A DNA stretch of 24,000 bases from Maledivibacter halophilus. Lineage in GTDB: Bacteria; Bacillota; Clostridia; Peptostreptococcales; Caminicellaceae. A program made the translations under genes and the position numbers. Shown here in pieces: positions 23,748 through 24,000 of the stretch. How positions within the stretch are numbered: position 1 is the first letter of the stretch; the number at the start of each line of letters is the position of its first letter. The stretch lies in NCBI RefSeq assembly GCF_900167445.1, contig NZ_FUZT01000001.1, forward strand, positions 567,839 through 591,838. The letters run 5' to 3'. A model generated the notes under the pieces. It saw only the letters and a list, made by a program, of their open reading frames with translations. It was not told the DNA's origin and made no database searches.

Positions 23748-24000
23748 TCATATTATGGACCTTTTAGAGATATTAAAAACGATCTTTAGGAAATTTTCAA
23801 TATCTTCAATATTGTGACAATGTAAAGGTGATACCCTTACACAGCCATCAAACTTAAGTGATTTTAACATACGTGAAGAGTATGGACTTGATATTACCCT
23901 TTCAAAGGTAATTACACCTTCCTCTTCTAAAAGACTTACAGCTTTTTTATAATCAATATTATCAAATCCAATTGCCATAATAAAATCTCTTTTTGAAAGG
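23748..24000 (-). CDS. C-terminal part of a class-V aminotransferase / cysteine-desulfurase-like PLP enzyme (5' end outside the window)
   Basis: The frame stays open to position 24000 beyond the track's Met at 23978. The C-terminal sequence VRVSPLHCHNIEDIENFLKIV is typical of that fold type's tail. Confidence 0.55.
   Translation of the reverse strand, partial: LSKRDFIMAIGFDNIDYKKAVSLLEEEGVITFERVISSPYSSRMLKSLKFDGCVRVSPLHCHNIEDIENFLKIVFNISKRSII

Overview
This is a strongly AT-rich chromosomal segment of the Clostridia / low-GC Firmicutes type. All but two supported genes lie on the + strand. All domain calls are motif recognition by eye; no searches were run. From left to right the window contains:

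1. A small Tyr/Arg/Gly-rich protein gene on the - strand, with 9-bp tandem arrays in its 3' end.
2. A tightly coupled three-gene operon (749-7942). It is led by a 1629-aa fusion protein carrying an HD phosphohydrolase, HEAT-like repeats, a NadD/cytidylyltransferase-like nucleotidyltransferase with a variant active-site motif, a GNAT-like region and a type-I phosphoribosyltransferase. A divergent LDH/MDH-family dehydrogenase and an FMN-reductase-type flavoprotein follow. This is the most system-like unit without an obvious known function.
3. An SH3b-type lipoprotein.
4. An agr-type quorum-sensing locus in the unusual order sensor kinase - agrB - agrD - LytTR regulator. The agrD is 46 aa and absent from the ORF track. 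The signal-production half looks intact. The phosphorelay half looks broken or rewired: the sensor is split by one in-frame TAG, the canonical H-box His reads Leu, and the regulator has only a 31-codon remnant of its receiver domain.
5. A pRiA4b-ORF3-like gene bracketed by direct repeats that duplicate the 3' end and downstream region of the LytTR gene. Next come 21-bp-phased LytTR-type boxes and a promoter in front of an orphan secreted-protein gene.
6. One intact IS200/RayT-like Y1 (HUH) transposase element plus three ~260-270-bp derivatives that share the same two internal deletion junctions. All four are in the same orientation and start 0-12 nt after a stop codon. Each carries a terminator-like left hairpin and a near-consensus rightward promoter. 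They punctuate an M23 peptidase gene, an orphan secreted-protein gene, and a ddl-murF-VanRS-like block.
7. The 3' end of a class-V aminotransferase-like gene on the - strand.

I saw no rRNA, tRNA or CRISPR array.
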